DNA from: a bacterium
Lineage (GTDB): Bacteria > UBA10199 > DSSB01
NCBI GenBank assembly: GCA_031972375.1
Contig: DALYEU010000017.1
Coordinates: forward strand, 9,476-37,255
Reading direction: 5' to 3'
Length of the DNA: 27,780 nucleotides
The notes below the pieces were generated by a model, which saw only the letters and a list, made by a program, of their open reading frames with translations, was not told the origin of the DNA and ran no database searches. Made by a program: the position numbers and the translations under genes. This document shows positions 9,199 through 18,633 of the stretch, in pieces. The number at the start of each line of letters is the position of its first letter. The stretch's first letter is position 1.

Positions 9199-9792
9199 TT
9201 AGCCCTTGAAATAAGGATTGGTGCCCGAAGCGTGGTCGGTTTCATCGACGACCCCGGTAAGTTGAGGGAAGGCTTGTTTTAAGCGGGTTTCGATGCCCTG
9301 TTTCACTGTGGCATCGATCATGGAGCAGCCCTGGCATCCTCCCCCAAATTTCAGATAAACCTTGTTATTCAATACATTCAGTAGTTCGGCTCGTCCGCCG
9401 TGCATGGCGAGTCCAGGATTGATTTCTTTTTCGAGAAGTTCTTTTACTTGGGACACCAAGGGATTGCTCGCGTCTAGGGGGGGTGGTTCTACTGCCGCTT
9501 GAAATTCGAAGGAGCCGCTGAGTAAGCCTCCAGCTTTGAAGTCGAGGGTTCCGGCGTTAAGGAGTTTTTGTCCCTCTTGATCAACGATGACCATAAAACG
9601 TTCGTACTCGACAAAAAAGCCGGTGCGTTTGTCCCGCAGGGGATTTTCTTCGGGAGCCAGTTGGGTCAGATCGATCATGCTAACTTCGATTTGATTGCCC
9701 AGGACTTTGAATTTGACCCCATGGGTGTTGGAGTTTTGTCCGACAAGTAGCTTGGCAAGTTGGTTCTGAGCGTTTTCTGTAAAACGAATCAT
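9199..9792 (-). CDS. nfuA: Fe-S biogenesis protein NfuA (degenerate A-type domain plus a C-terminal Nfu domain with CxxC)
   Basis: Start re-set to MIRFTENAQNQLAKLL, as in E. coli NfuA (MIRISDAAQAHFAKLL); SD AAAGGG 6 nt upstream. The C-terminal LAMHGGRAELLNV...KFGGGCQGCSMIDATVKQGIE matches E. coli LAGHGGRVSLMEI...[21 protein letters not shown]. The track's start at 9819 is a TTG. Confidence 0.8.
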   Translation of the reverse strand: MIRFTENAQNQLAKLLVGQNSNTHGVKFKVLGNQIEVSMIDLTQLAPEENPLRDKRTGFFVEYERFMVIVDQEGQKLLNAGTLDFKAGGLLSGSFEFQAAVEPPPLDASNPLVSQVKELLEKEINPGLAMHGGRAELLNVLNNKVYLKFGGGCQGCSMIDATVKQGIETRLKQAFPQLTGVVDETDHASGTNPYFKG

Positions 9793-9939
9793 GGGCATCC
9801 CTTTGGGTATCTTATACAATGACTCACAAACTTTTTATTTGCTCTGGCAGAATCCTCGAGTCTTTTCAAGATGACAATCGGTTTTCATCACTCGAGGGTA
9901 TGCTTGCAGGGTAACGATTTCAATCTCAGGAGAATGGCC

Positions 9940-11313
9940 ATGTTTTTTGATATCGTCAATCCTACCACTGGAGAAAAACTTAAGAGCTACGCGGCGCTGT
10001 CTTTGGCTCAAGTCCATGACATTCTCGACAGCGTCCATGACACTCAACAACGCTGGAAGCAAGTGGCGATTTCCGAGCGCGTCCCCGCAATGTTGAGGCT
10101 TTCTCAGTTATTGCGGGAGAAAAAAGACGAATATGCCCGGCTTATGGCGGTGGAGATGGGGAAGGTGTTGGCCCAGGGGGTGGGCGAGATCGAAAAATGC
10201 GCTTGGGTTTGTGAATTTTATGCCAAGAATGCGGAGCAGTTTTTGGCCCCCGAGCCTGTACTGACCGAAGCGAAGAAGAGTTTTGTTAATTTTTGCCCTC
10301 TGGGAACTCTGTTGGCCATCATGCCGTGGAATTATCCCTTTTGGCAGGTGTTTCGCTTCGCGGTGCCCGCTTTAATGGCAGGAAATGGAGTTGTTCTTAA
10401 GCATGCTCCCAACGTGTTTGGAACCGCTTTGGCTATCGAGTCCTTGTTTCGTGAGGCTGGTTTTCCTCCCCAACTGTTTCGTTCTCTATTGATCGATGTG
10501 CCCCATACCACCGAGGTCATTCACGATCCCAGAATTGCGGCGGTGACCCTGACGTCTAGTGTGGAGGCGGGGCGCGCCATCGCTACGGAGGCGGGAAGGG
10601 CGTTGAAAAAATGTGTGCTTGAATTGGGAGGCTCCGATCCTTTCATCGTATTGGCCGATGCCGATGTGGATCGCGCTGTCGAAGTGGGGGTCATGGCTCG
10701 ATTTCAAAACAGTGGACAAAGCTGTATCGCCGCCAAGCGGTTTATTTTGGTGCCCGAAGTGAAAGAGGCTTTCGAGAAAAAGTTTGTGGAGCGCGCTCGG
10801 TCTCTCAGAATGGGAAATCCTTTAGATTCTAAGGTCGACATGGGGCCTATGGCGCGCTTTGATTTGCGAGACGCCTTGCATGCTCAAGTGGAGCGTACTT
10901 TGGAGGGCGGGGCTCAGTTGTTATTGGGCGGCGTGATTCCTGACCAGCCGGGGGCCTTCTATGGTCCCACTGTTTTGAGTGGAGTCAAATCGGGCATGGT
11001 GGCCTGGCACGAAGAGCTGTTTGGTCCCGTGGCTACGATGATTGCCGTGGCTCACGAAGAAGAGGCCATTGAGGTTGCGAACGCCACGTCTTTTGGTTTG
11101 GGGGCTTCGATTTGGACCCGGGATCTGAAACGTGGTGAGCGTATTGCCGCGGAGCGCATTGATTCAGGGAGTTGTTTCGTCAACGCTATGACCAAATCGG
11201 ATCCACGTTTGCCTTTTGGTGGGATCAAACATTCAGGTTATGGCCGCGAACTCTCCCAGTTTGGTATCCGTGAATTCGTTAACGTGCATTCGGTTTGGAT
11301 TCAAGAAAGTTAA
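9940..11313 (+). CDS. yneI: NAD(P)+-dependent succinate-semialdehyde dehydrogenase, YneI/Sad type (aldehyde dehydrogenase superfamily)
   Basis: [55 protein letters not shown] and [11 protein letters not shown] are near-identical to the E. coli YneI blocks [55 protein letters not shown] and TGQVCAAAKRF. SD AGGAGA 9928-9933 with a 6-nt spacer to ATG 9940. The track's start at 9871 is an upstream extension. Confidence 0.8.
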   Translation: [457 protein letters not shown]

Positions 11314-11328
11314 AAAATTTTGATTCCA

Positions 11329-11344
11329 CCAGATTTTTATCTGG
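11329..11344 (+). terminator. Small hairpin CCAGAT-TTTT-ATCTGG, 16 nt after the yneI stop. Possible weak terminator
   Basis: Perfect 6-bp stem with a 4-nt loop, read directly from the sequence. No T-tract follows. Confidence 0.2.
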
Positions 11345-11509
11345 CGCCGTTTCGGCCCTCTGATTATCCGGTAAGTTTTCGTTCTGTTTTTGAAAGTGTC
11401 GAAATGCCCCACCGTTTTTATGGCCTCATTTTTTAATTTGAGACTTTAAGACTTTTCGACTGTTTTCTCTTTTTAGTCTGCGTTGAAGGCCACTGGTTTT
11501 GAGAGAGGA

Positions 11510-12019
11510 TTAAATCCCGAGAATTTGTACGACCGCCTGACGGGTGCGTGGACCATCGAGGTCGATGAGGCAAAGACGCTGCCAGCGACCCCATACGGGT
11601 TGGCCATCTCTTACCAAAACAGTTTGTGAAGGGCCCCCGAACAAGAAGGCCTTCATATGGGCATCGGCATTGGTATCGCACTTGTGGTCGTCTTCGCAGA
11701 GGTTCTTCGTGCGCAGACCGCTATTGTGGAGATAGGACATCTTCTTAGGAATAAAATCTCGCAAGGCTTTATTGATATCGCCCAGTAGGCAGGGTTCGTC
11801 GAGTTCGTTCACACTAACGATACAAGTGGTGTGAAGGGCTTGGAGAGTCAGAAGACCATTTTGGATGCCGCTTTCCTTGACCCATTCGTAAGAAGTCTCG
11901 GTAAAATCGGTGATCGAGAAAAAATCGAAATCACCCACATGATTTAGAAGCTTGGGTTCTAGGTTGAGTAAATTGTTCTGGTCTGTTTGTATTTCGAGTT
12001 GTTTGTACCAGGTTTTCAT
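11510..12019 (-). CDS. YjbQ/UPF0047 family protein (secondary thiamine-phosphate synthase-like)
   Basis: LHTTCIVSVNELDEP and HMKAFLFGGPSQTVLVRDGQPVWGRWQRLCLIDLDGPRTRQAVVQILG match UPF0047 blocks (HTSASLTINEN...; HIKSSLLGSSLTIPV..G.L.LGTWQGIYL.EHRD....R.LVVTL). Confidence 0.75.
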   Translation of the reverse strand: MKTWYKQLEIQTDQNNLLNLEPKLLNHVGDFDFFSITDFTETSYEWVKESGIQNGLLTLQALHTTCIVSVNELDEPCLLGDINKALRDFIPKKMSYLHNSGLRTKNLCEDDHKCDTNADAHMKAFLFGGPSQTVLVRDGQPVWGRWQRLCLIDLDGPRTRQAVVQILGI

Positions 12020-12164
12020 AGTTTTTCCTTTTTGTCCTAACCGGATCCTGCGCCTATTTTGATGCGATTCGTGAGAGAGGGTTGCAAGTTAGAGCGAGGC
12101 GTTCGGGATTTTTGAATTTATTTTTTATGTGGTTTTGGGTTTGTCGTGTCTGCCGTAAATTTTA

Positions 12165-12584
12165 TTAAGGCAAATTGAGTTGTAGCTTTGCGGCCTCGCT
12201 CATTTTTTCGGCTGACCACGGGGGATCCCAGGTCAACTCAACCTTGGCGGAGAGCACGCCCTCAACACTCCGTACTTTTTGTTCCACTTCGCCGGGGAGA
12301 GACTCGGCCACGGGACACATGGGGCTGGTAAGGGTCATGAGAATATTTACCTCGTTTTTTTCAGAAAGGGTGATCTGATAGATCAGGCCCAGTTCGTAGA
12401 TATTCACCGGGATTTCTGGATCGTAGCAGGTTTTGAGCGCCGCGACCACCTTTGCTTCCAAGTCATGGTCTTTGCCATGGAAGGTTTCTTGTTCTGCTGT
12501 GGTTGTGGGAGTTTCTGATGTCGTTTTCATAAACGAGGCATGGGGGTCGTGGATGGCGGCTTTGTTAGCAAAGTAATCATTCAT
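12165..12584 (-). CDS. sufT: SufT-like DUF59 (MIP18 family) Fe-S assembly protein, last gene of the suf operon
   Basis: CYDPEIPVNIYELGLIY...LTSPMCPVAESL is the DUF59 core. SD GAGGAA 5 nt upstream. Its ATG overlaps the sufU stop (ATGA). Confidence 0.7.
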   Translation of the reverse strand: MNDYFANKAAIHDPHASFMKTTSETPTTTAEQETFHGKDHDLEAKVVAALKTCYDPEIPVNIYELGLIYQITLSEKNEVNILMTLTSPMCPVAESLPGEVEQKVRSVEGVLSAKVELTWDPPWSAEKMSEAAKLQLNLP

Positions 12585-13048
12585 GGAAGTTCCTCAGCCT
12601 CTGTGGAAATTACTTCGTCCCGTCCTTCGAGGGCACTATTGAGCGTATGCCAGGCTAGGCTGGCGCATTTTACCCTGGAAGGAAACTCGCAAACACCGGC
12701 AAAGACGGCGAGTTTTCCCAGGTCAGGATCGGCGGGACTCCCTGGAGAGCCGGTGACCATTTTATGAAATTTTTTAAAAAGGGATTGAGCTTCTTCTAGG
12801 GTCTTCCCTTTCAATCCTTCTGTCATGAGCGAAGCCGAGGCTTTGGAAATAGCGCAGCCATTTCCTTCGAAACTCAGCTGGACGATGCGGTCACCCTCCA
12901 GATGCAAATACACTGTGAGATGGTCGCCGCAAAGCGGGTTATAGCCCTCGGCGTGACGATTGGCTTCCTCCATTCGGTGGAAGTTTCGTGGGCGTTTGTT
13001 GTGATCGAGAATCACCTCTTGGTAGAGTTCACGAAGTTCGGAAGACAT
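12581..13048 (-). CDS. sufU: SufU-type (zinc-dependent) sulfur-transfer / Fe-S scaffold-like protein
   Basis: NPLCGDHLTVYL, GNGCAISKASASLM and PSRVKCASLAWHTL are the three Cys-containing blocks of SufU/IscU-like proteins. 155 aa. 1-nt overlap with the sufS stop. Confidence 0.8.
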   Translation of the reverse strand: MSSELRELYQEVILDHNKRPRNFHRMEEANRHAEGYNPLCGDHLTVYLHLEGDRIVQLSFEGNGCAISKASASLMTEGLKGKTLEEAQSLFKKFHKMVTGSPGSPADPDLGKLAVFAGVCEFPSRVKCASLAWHTLNSALEGRDEVISTEAEELP

Positions 13049-14319
13049 TAGGCGAAGACCTCCTTAGCTTTGTGTAGGGCCAACACCAAGGCATCGATTT
13101 CTTCCCGGGTATTGTAAAAGCTCATAGAAGCACGGGCGGTGGCGGGTAATCCGTAGCGTAACATGAGGGGCATGGTGCAGTGATGTCCGGTACGAATGGC
13201 GATACCCCTGGCGTCCAGCAGGGTTCCTAAGTCGTGGGGATGGATATCTTCCATGACGAAGGAAATGACACTCGCTTTTTGCGTAGCCTGACCGATGATT
13301 TTCAGTCCGGGAATTTCACTTAGGACTTGGGTTCCGTATTGAAGCAAATCGTCTTCATGGCGCTGCACTAGGGACCAGTCTAAAGTTTGTAGATAGTCAA
13401 TGGCGGCCCCCAATCCAATGGCTCCGGCGATGTGGGGTGTGCCTGCTTCGAATTTATAGGGAAGACTGTTGTAAGTGGTCTTTTCAAAGGTGACTTGGCG
13501 AATCATGTCACCCCCACCTTGATAAGGGCTCATGATTTCGAGCAGCTTTTCTTTTCCGTAGAGGACGCCGATCCCCGTGGGGCCGAATAATTTATGTCCG
13601 GAAAAGGCGTAAAAATCCACATCGAGAGCTTGGACGTCTACTTGCAGGTGGGGAATGGCCTGTGCTCCATCAAGCAGTACGGGAATCCCGCGAGCATGGG
13701 CTTTAGCGATGATAGTTTCGACGGGATTGAGGGTTCCAAGAGCGTTGGAGATATGTACGATGGAAACCAGCTTTGTTTTTTCGCTGAGGAGTTTTTCAAA
13801 GGACTCTAAATCGAGTTCTCCCGAATCGGAAATGGGAACCACCTTGAGTTCGATGCCAATCTGATCGCGTAGCAATTGCCAGGGGACGATGTTGGAGTGA
13901 TGCTCCATGTGGCTAATAATAACTTCGTCGCCCCGTTGCCAAGAACTTCGGCCCAAGGATTGGGCCACCAGATTGATGGCTTCCGTAGTGCCTCGGCAAA
14001 AGAGAATTTCCCGGGCATGGGCCGCGTTGAGAAATTTTTGAATTTTGATTCGAGCTGCTTCGTATTGCTCGGTGGCTCTCTCACTCAATAGGTGTACGCC
14101 GCGATGGATGTTGGCGTTATCTTCTCTGTAATAGTGATCGAGGGCTTCGATGACTTGCCGAGGTTTTTGCGCAGTGGCCGCGTTGTCTAAATACACCAGA
14201 GGGAAGCCGCGCACATTTTGGTGTAGGATGGGAAAATCCTCCCGTAGCCGTTCTATCGAAAAGCTCGAAGCGTTAGCCGAGTCTGCCCGGAGTGGAGTCT
14301 TGCTCAGAGTGGCACTCAT
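13048..14319 (-). CDS. sufS: Cysteine desulfurase SufS (group II)
   Basis: PLP-lysine block [17 protein letters not shown] and active-site Cys block [11 protein letters not shown] (SufS RxGHHC). 423 aa. Its ATG overlaps the sufD stop (ATGA). Confidence 0.9.
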   Translation of the reverse strand: MSATLSKTPLRADSANASSFSIERLREDFPILHQNVRGFPLVYLDNAATAQKPRQVIEALDHYYREDNANIHRGVHLLSERATEQYEAARIKIQKFLNAAHAREILFCRGTTEAINLVAQSLGRSSWQRGDEVIISHMEHHSNIVPWQLLRDQIGIELKVVPISDSGELDLESFEKLLSEKTKLVSIVHISNALGTLNPVETIIAKAHARGIPVLLDGAQAIPHLQVDVQALDVDFYAFSGHKLFGPTGIGVLYGKEKLLEIMSPYQGGGDMIRQVTFEKTTYNSLPYKFEAGTPHIAGAIGLGAAIDYLQTLDWSLVQRHEDDLLQYGTQVLSEIPGLKIIGQATQKASVISFVMEDIHPHDLGTLLDARGIAIRTGHHCTMPLMLRYGLPATARASMSFYNTREEIDALVLALHKAKEVFA

Positions 14320-15644
14320 AAAAACTTTTCTCCCTCCACCGAAAGTTCGGCGATCTTCAATCGGTTCAGCAAGCTGCGTTCTAGCTGTTGCTTTAATTCG
14401 ATTTCGCTCATGTTTTGCAACACTTCACTCGCGAAGGCGTAAGTAAGCAAGTGGCGAGCCAAGGCCTCGTCGATACCTCGGGAACGCAAGTAAAACACCT
14501 GGGTTTCATCAAGTCGTCCAATGGTTGCTCCATGGGAACAACGTACATCGTTGGCAAAAATTTCCAAGAGGGGTTTGGTGTCGACTACAGCATCTCGTGA
14601 GAGCAGTAGATTTTTATTACTCAAGGAGGACTGGGTTTTTTGTGCATGGGGCTGGACTAGGATCTGTCCGTTAAAAATCCCATGGGATTTTTCATCGAGG
14701 ATTCCTTTGTAGAGTTCTTGGCTCGTGCATTGGGGTACGGCGTGACGGATCAGGGTTTGATTGTCGAGATGTTGTTGTCCGTGTCCTAGGTAGAGACCGG
14801 TGAGTTGACAATGGGCTCCGGGTTCTCCCAGATGGGAGCGTATTTCTGTGCGGGCCCATTGTGCGCCGAGATTCAGGTTGAAGGAATGAAATTGGGAGTC
14901 CCTATTTTGTTTTACGTAGAGCCCCCCCAGGTGAAAGGCGCGTTCGTCTTCTTCTTGGATACGATAATGACTCAATTGCGATCCCGACTCAGTGATGATT
15001 TCGGTCAAGGCGTTGGTGAAGTAGGGATGTTGCGAGCGTTTTCCCGAGTAGTTTTCCACCACCACGCCTTGGGCTTGGGCCTGGGCTACGATGAGCGTGC
15101 GAGGGTGGCTCGCTGTGGCGGCTTCATCGGAGAGTGATAAATAAAGTAATTCGAGAGGTTTTCCTAAAACAGCCCCCGGTGCGAGGTGGACGAAGGCCCC
15201 ATCTTGTAAAAAGGCCGTATTTAGGGCGCTGAAGGTCTCCTCTTGCCAAGGCGCGATGCTTCCCAGATAGGGACGGATTTTTTCATCATGACTGGTGAAG
15301 GCCATTTTTAAGGGCAGTATCGTGACGCCTTGGGGTAAATCCTCGAGTCGGGAAAATTCTTGGGCGAAGTGTCCGTTGATGAAGGTGATCCGATAGTTTT
15401 TCTTAGAACCGATATTCAAGCAGTTGAGCGGATCGTAATTACGATGCTTGGGTTGATAGTCCTCGCTTGCTTGAAAAGCAGTATCGAGGAGTGGGCGCAC
15501 CGAGGTGTATTTCCAGTTTTCTTGTTGAGCGCTAGGGTAGCCCAAGGACTGAAACTGTTGGAATCCCTGTTTGCGAATTTCCTGCAACCAAGCTGGGCCC
15601 TTCGCATCGGTTTGGCGGTAGTGTTGTAGAAATTGGTCTTCCAT
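14316..15644 (-). CDS. sufD: Fe-S cluster assembly protein SufD
   Basis: SufB/SufD-family beta-helix body lacking the SufB Cys motifs. Start re-set to ATG 15644..15642 (MEDQFLQ...), which has SD GGGAG 6 nt upstream and lies 1 nt after the sufC stop. The track's 15770 extension runs back into sufC. Confidence 0.8.
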   Translation of the reverse strand: MEDQFLQHYRQTDAKGPAWLQEIRKQGFQQFQSLGYPSAQQENWKYTSVRPLLDTAFQASEDYQPKHRNYDPLNCLNIGSKKNYRITFINGHFAQEFSRLEDLPQGVTILPLKMAFTSHDEKIRPYLGSIAPWQEETFSALNTAFLQDGAFVHLAPGAVLGKPLELLYLSLSDEAATASHPRTLIVAQAQAQGVVVENYSGKRSQHPYFTNALTEIITESGSQLSHYRIQEEDERAFHLGGLYVKQNRDSQFHSFNLNLGAQWARTEIRSHLGEPGAHCQLTGLYLGHGQQHLDNQTLIRHAVPQCTSQELYKGILDEKSHGIFNGQILVQPHAQKTQSSLSNKNLLLSRDAVVDTKPLLEIFANDVRCSHGATIGRLDETQVFYLRSRGIDEALARHLLTYAFASEVLQNMSEIELKQQLERSLLNRLKIAELSVEGEKFL

Positions 15645-15645
15645 C

Positions 15646-16407
15646 TTAGGCTCCCGTTGCTTCCTGGGTAACCCAGGCATAACCTTTTTCTTCCAAGTGG
15701 AAGGCGAGGTCTTTATCTCCCGAGTGCACAATTTTTCCGTCTTGAAGCACATGAACATAATCGGGAACAATATAATTGAGCAGTCGTTGGTAGTGGGTGA
15801 CCACGATCATGGAGCGCCCCGGATTGCGCAAGGAGTTGACTCCGTCGGCCACGATCTTAAGGGAGTCGATGTCTAGGCCCGAGTCGGTCTCGTCGAGTAG
15901 GCATAGGGTGGGTTCGAGTAAAGTCATCTGTAAAATTTCGTTACGCTTTTTTTCTCCACCCGAGAAACCCTCGTTCACATTGCGCTTGAGATATTTGTCA
16001 TCCATTTTGAGCAATTGCATTTTGGCCTTAATCAGGGTGAGAAAATCTATGGCGTCTAGTTCTTCTAGTCCACGAGCCTTACGTTGGGCGTTAAGAGCCG
16101 TTTTGAGGAAGTAGGTGTTTCCCACACCGGGGATTTCCAGGGGATATTGAAAGGCAAGGAAGATGCCGGCGTGAGAACGTTCTTCGGGGGAAAGGTCCAA
16201 GAGATTTTTGCCCTGATAAATAATTTCCCCTTCGGTGATTTCATAATCTTCTCGCCCGGCCAAAATGGAAGACAGGGTGCTTTTTCCCGAACCATTAGGA
16301 CCCATGATGGCGTGGATTTCTCCGGGTTCCACTTTCAAATCGATGCCTTTGAGAATGGGTTTTCCATCCACACGGGCGTGCAGATTTTTAATTTCTAGGA
16401 GACTCAT
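15646..16407 (-). CDS. sufC: Fe-S cluster assembly ATPase SufC
   Basis: Walker A GPNGSGKST, ABC signature FSGGEKKRNEILQ, Walker B LCLLDETDSGLD; 253 aa, a typical SufC. Confidence 0.9.
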   Translation of the reverse strand: MSLLEIKNLHARVDGKPILKGIDLKVEPGEIHAIMGPNGSGKSTLSSILAGREDYEITEGEIIYQGKNLLDLSPEERSHAGIFLAFQYPLEIPGVGNTYFLKTALNAQRKARGLEELDAIDFLTLIKAKMQLLKMDDKYLKRNVNEGFSGGEKKRNEILQMTLLEPTLCLLDETDSGLDIDSLKIVADGVNSLRNPGRSMIVVTHYQRLLNYIVPDYVHVLQDGKIVHSGDKDLAFHLEEKGYAWVTQEATGA

Positions 16408-16452
16408 GCTGTTTTATCCTTTCAAGATTTTGTCCATGGCTCAGGGAAAATG

Positions 16453-17901
16453 TCAGCCCACCGATCCTTCTAAACTCACTCCAAGAAGTTTTTGGGCTTC
16501 GACGGCAAATTCCATGGGAAGCTCGCGAAAGACCTCGCGGCAGAAACCATTGACGATCATGTTAACGGCGTCTTCTTCGGAAATTCCCCTTTGTTTGCAG
16601 TAAAATAACTGGTCTTCTCCGATTTTGGAGGTAGTCGCTTCGTGCTCCATTTGGGCTGAATGATTTTTAATTTCTAAATACGGAAAGGTATGGGCTCCGC
16701 ATTCATCCCCCATCAATAGGGAGTCGCATTGGGAGTAATTGCGGGCATTCTCGGCGTTTTTCATGATCTTGACTTGGCCGCGGTAGGTGTTTTGACTTTT
16801 TCCCGCCGATATTCCCTTGGAGATAATGGTGCTTCGGGTGTTTTTTCCAAGATGGATCATTTTGGTTCCCGTATCCGCTTGCTGATAATTGTTGGTGACC
16901 GCAACCGAATAGAATTCTCCAATGGAGTAGTCTCCAGCCAAGACACAGCTGGGATATTTCCAAGTGATGGCGGAACCCGTTTCCACTTGAGTCCACGAAA
17001 TTTTAGAATGATGCCCTTTGCAAAGACCTCGCTTGGTGACGAAGTTATAGATGCCACCTTTGCCTTCTTTGTCGCCTGGATACCAATTTTGCACGGTGGA
17101 GTATTTGATTTCGGCTTTATCTAAAGCCACTAATTCTACGACCGCCGCGTGCAGTTGGTTTTCGTCTCGCATGGGGGCCGTGCAACCTTCCAGGTAAGAG
17201 ACGTAACTCGCTTCATCGGCTACGATTAAGGTGCGTTCGAATTGCCCGGTTTGAGCGGCGTTAATGCGAAAGTAGGTGCTTAATTCCATGGGGCAGCGGA
17301 CGCCCTTGGGAATATAGGCGAAGGATCCGTCGGTGAAGACTGCTGAGTTAAGTGTGGCAAAGAAATTGTCAGTGTAAGGGACTACCGATCCTAAATATTT
17401 TTTCACCAGTTCGGGATGTTCTTGTACGGCTTCGGAGAAAGAACAAAAAATGATTCCTAGTTCGGCGAGTTTTTCCTTAAAGGTGGTTCCCACGGAAACG
17501 CTGTCGAAAACTGCGTCGACGGCCACATTGCTAAGGCGTTTTTGTTCTTCCAGGGAAATACCCAATTTGTTGAATGTCTCCAAAATCTCGGGATCCACTT
17601 CGTCGAGGCTGTTAAGTTGTTTTTTCTTTTTAGGAGCCGAATAGTAATAGCTGTCCTGATAGTCGATGGGGGGGTATTGAACCTTGGCCCATTGGGGCTC
17701 TTTCAGGGTCAACCAATGTCGATAAGCTTTTAGGCGCCATTCTAATAGCCACTCAGGTTCGTTTTTTTTCTGAGAGATGATGCGGACAATATCCTCGCTC
17801 AAGCCTTTGGGAATGGTCTCCGTTTCAACGGATGTGACGAAGCCATATTGATATTCTTTGGAGGTTAATTCTTGGACAGCTGAATTATTTTGTTGGGTCA
17901 T
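16453..17901 (-). CDS. sufB: Fe-S cluster assembly protein SufB
   Basis: Blocks conserved throughout SufB: [23 protein letters not shown]..., [16 protein letters not shown]. Start re-set to ATG 17901..17899, which has SD AAGGAGAG and overlaps the rrf2 stop (ATGA). The track's upstream extension to 18057 overlaps rrf2. Confidence 0.9.
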   Translation of the reverse strand: MTQQNNSAVQELTSKEYQYGFVTSVETETIPKGLSEDIVRIISQKKNEPEWLLEWRLKAYRHWLTLKEPQWAKVQYPPIDYQDSYYYSAPKKKKQLNSLDEVDPEILETFNKLGISLEEQKRLSNVAVDAVFDSVSVGTTFKEKLAELGIIFCSFSEAVQEHPELVKKYLGSVVPYTDNFFATLNSAVFTDGSFAYIPKGVRCPMELSTYFRINAAQTGQFERTLIVADEASYVSYLEGCTAPMRDENQLHAAVVELVALDKAEIKYSTVQNWYPGDKEGKGGIYNFVTKRGLCKGHHSKISWTQVETGSAITWKYPSCVLAGDYSIGEFYSVAVTNNYQQADTGTKMIHLGKNTRSTIISKGISAGKSQNTYRGQVKIMKNAENARNYSQCDSLLMGDECGAHTFPYLEIKNHSAQMEHEATTSKIGEDQLFYCKQRGISEEDAVNMIVNGFCREVFRELPMEFAVEAQKLLGVSLEGSVG

Positions 17902-18350
17902 GGTGCTCTCCTTTCTGAGAGGAAGTTTCCGGGTGCCAGGTCGGCTACCGTTGTCTCCGCCAAAAGATGGTAGATCCTCATGTTGAGTTCGGAGAGGGGG
18001 GTTTTGATTCGACAATCGTCCCATTGCGGACAGGTAATTTTTTCTTCCTTTAAACATTCGGTGACCGCCAGGGGACCCTCAAAAATTTCGGCCACGTCGG
18101 CTACGGTAATGGTTTCAGGGGACTTTGCCAGACGGTAACCGCCCTTGGTGCCGTGGACGGCCTTGATAAGACCTTTACTCGCCAGTTGCTGGAGTACTTT
18201 GGCCAAAAGGGGTTGGGGAATATGGTAGGCTTCGGAGATTTCCCGGGTGCTGGTGAGTAAATTCGAGGGGATAAAGTTGTTTTCACCCTTGCGCAACATA
18301 TGCTCGATGGCGATGAGAGCGTATTCAGTTTTTCGATTAAAATGCAGCAT
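17898..18350 (-). CDS. Rrf2-family transcriptional regulator with a three-Cys cluster (IscR/SufR-like putative [Fe-S] sensor), first gene of the suf operon
   Basis: N-terminal wHTH typical of Rrf2 ([19 protein letters not shown]...). The C-terminal [15 protein letters not shown] has three Cys positioned as the cluster ligands of IscR/NsrR-type regulators. Confidence 0.8.
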   Translation of the reverse strand: MLHFNRKTEYALIAIEHMLRKGENNFIPSNLLTSTREISEAYHIPQPLLAKVLQQLASKGLIKAVHGTKGGYRLAKSPETITVADVAEIFEGPLAVTECLKEEKITCPQWDDCRIKTPLSELNMRIYHLLAETTVADLAPGNFLSERRAP

Positions 18351-18360
18351 AAGTAATTTT

Positions 18361-18380
18361 TAGACTTTTCTAGTCGTATA
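18361..18380. promoter_or_regulatory. Candidate Rrf2 operator: TAGACTTTTCTAGTCGTATA containing a GACT-N5-AGTC palindrome, 11-30 nt upstream of the rrf2 start. The 10-mer TAGTCGTATA recurs inverted at 18457-18466 and as a 9-mer at 18496-18504
   Basis: Read directly from the sequence. GACT/AGTC half-sites with 5-nt spacing resemble, from memory, the E. coli IscR type-1 site core (GACTrwwwyAGTC). There are three copies within 150 bp of the operon's control region. Confidence 0.4.
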
Positions 18381-18400
18381 AAAACCAAAAATAAAAAACA

Positions 18401-18440
18401 AAAAAACCTTTAAATATTATGGTTTTTTAGTTTTTTTTCT
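18401..18440. terminator. AT-rich hairpin AAAAAACC-N12-GGTTTTTT flanked by T-runs on both strands. Possible bidirectional terminator (encapsulin operon 3' end), or an A-tract/UP-like element of the rrf2-suf promoter
   Basis: Stem 18401-18408/18421-18428 (only 2 GC pairs), followed by TTTTTTAGTTTTTTTT on the plus strand and TTTGTTTTTTATTTTTGGTTTTT on the minus strand. Confidence 0.3.
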
Positions 18441-18633
18441 CCCTAAGAATCTTAAATATACGACTATCATGGTCTTGTATAAGGCGCAACGGGCGAGTCG
18501 TATAGGGAATTTTTAAATAAATGTAAAGGTGCATTCTCGAGGTGTTTGTGGCGCGAATCGCCAGAGCTGGAGGCAAGACGGCACACACCCATATTACCGG
18601 GGGGAGGGGAATATGGTGGGGCGAAATTTGAGT

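Noticed and set aside
13594-14446. Several 69-98 aa ORFs on both strands inside sufS/sufD
   Set aside because: Shadow frames of strongly conserved suf genes.
16084-17733. ORFs of 60-131 aa antisense to, or out-of-frame within, sufC and sufB
   Set aside because: Embedded in conserved CDSs with no independent support.
18441-18633. C-rich (on the transcribed strand) 190-nt 3' UTR of the encapsulin gene as a possible structured RNA
   Set aside because: Only short 4-bp stems were found; there is no convincing conserved-looking hairpin or motif. It is more likely UTR plus the upstream half of the rrf2 promoter region.
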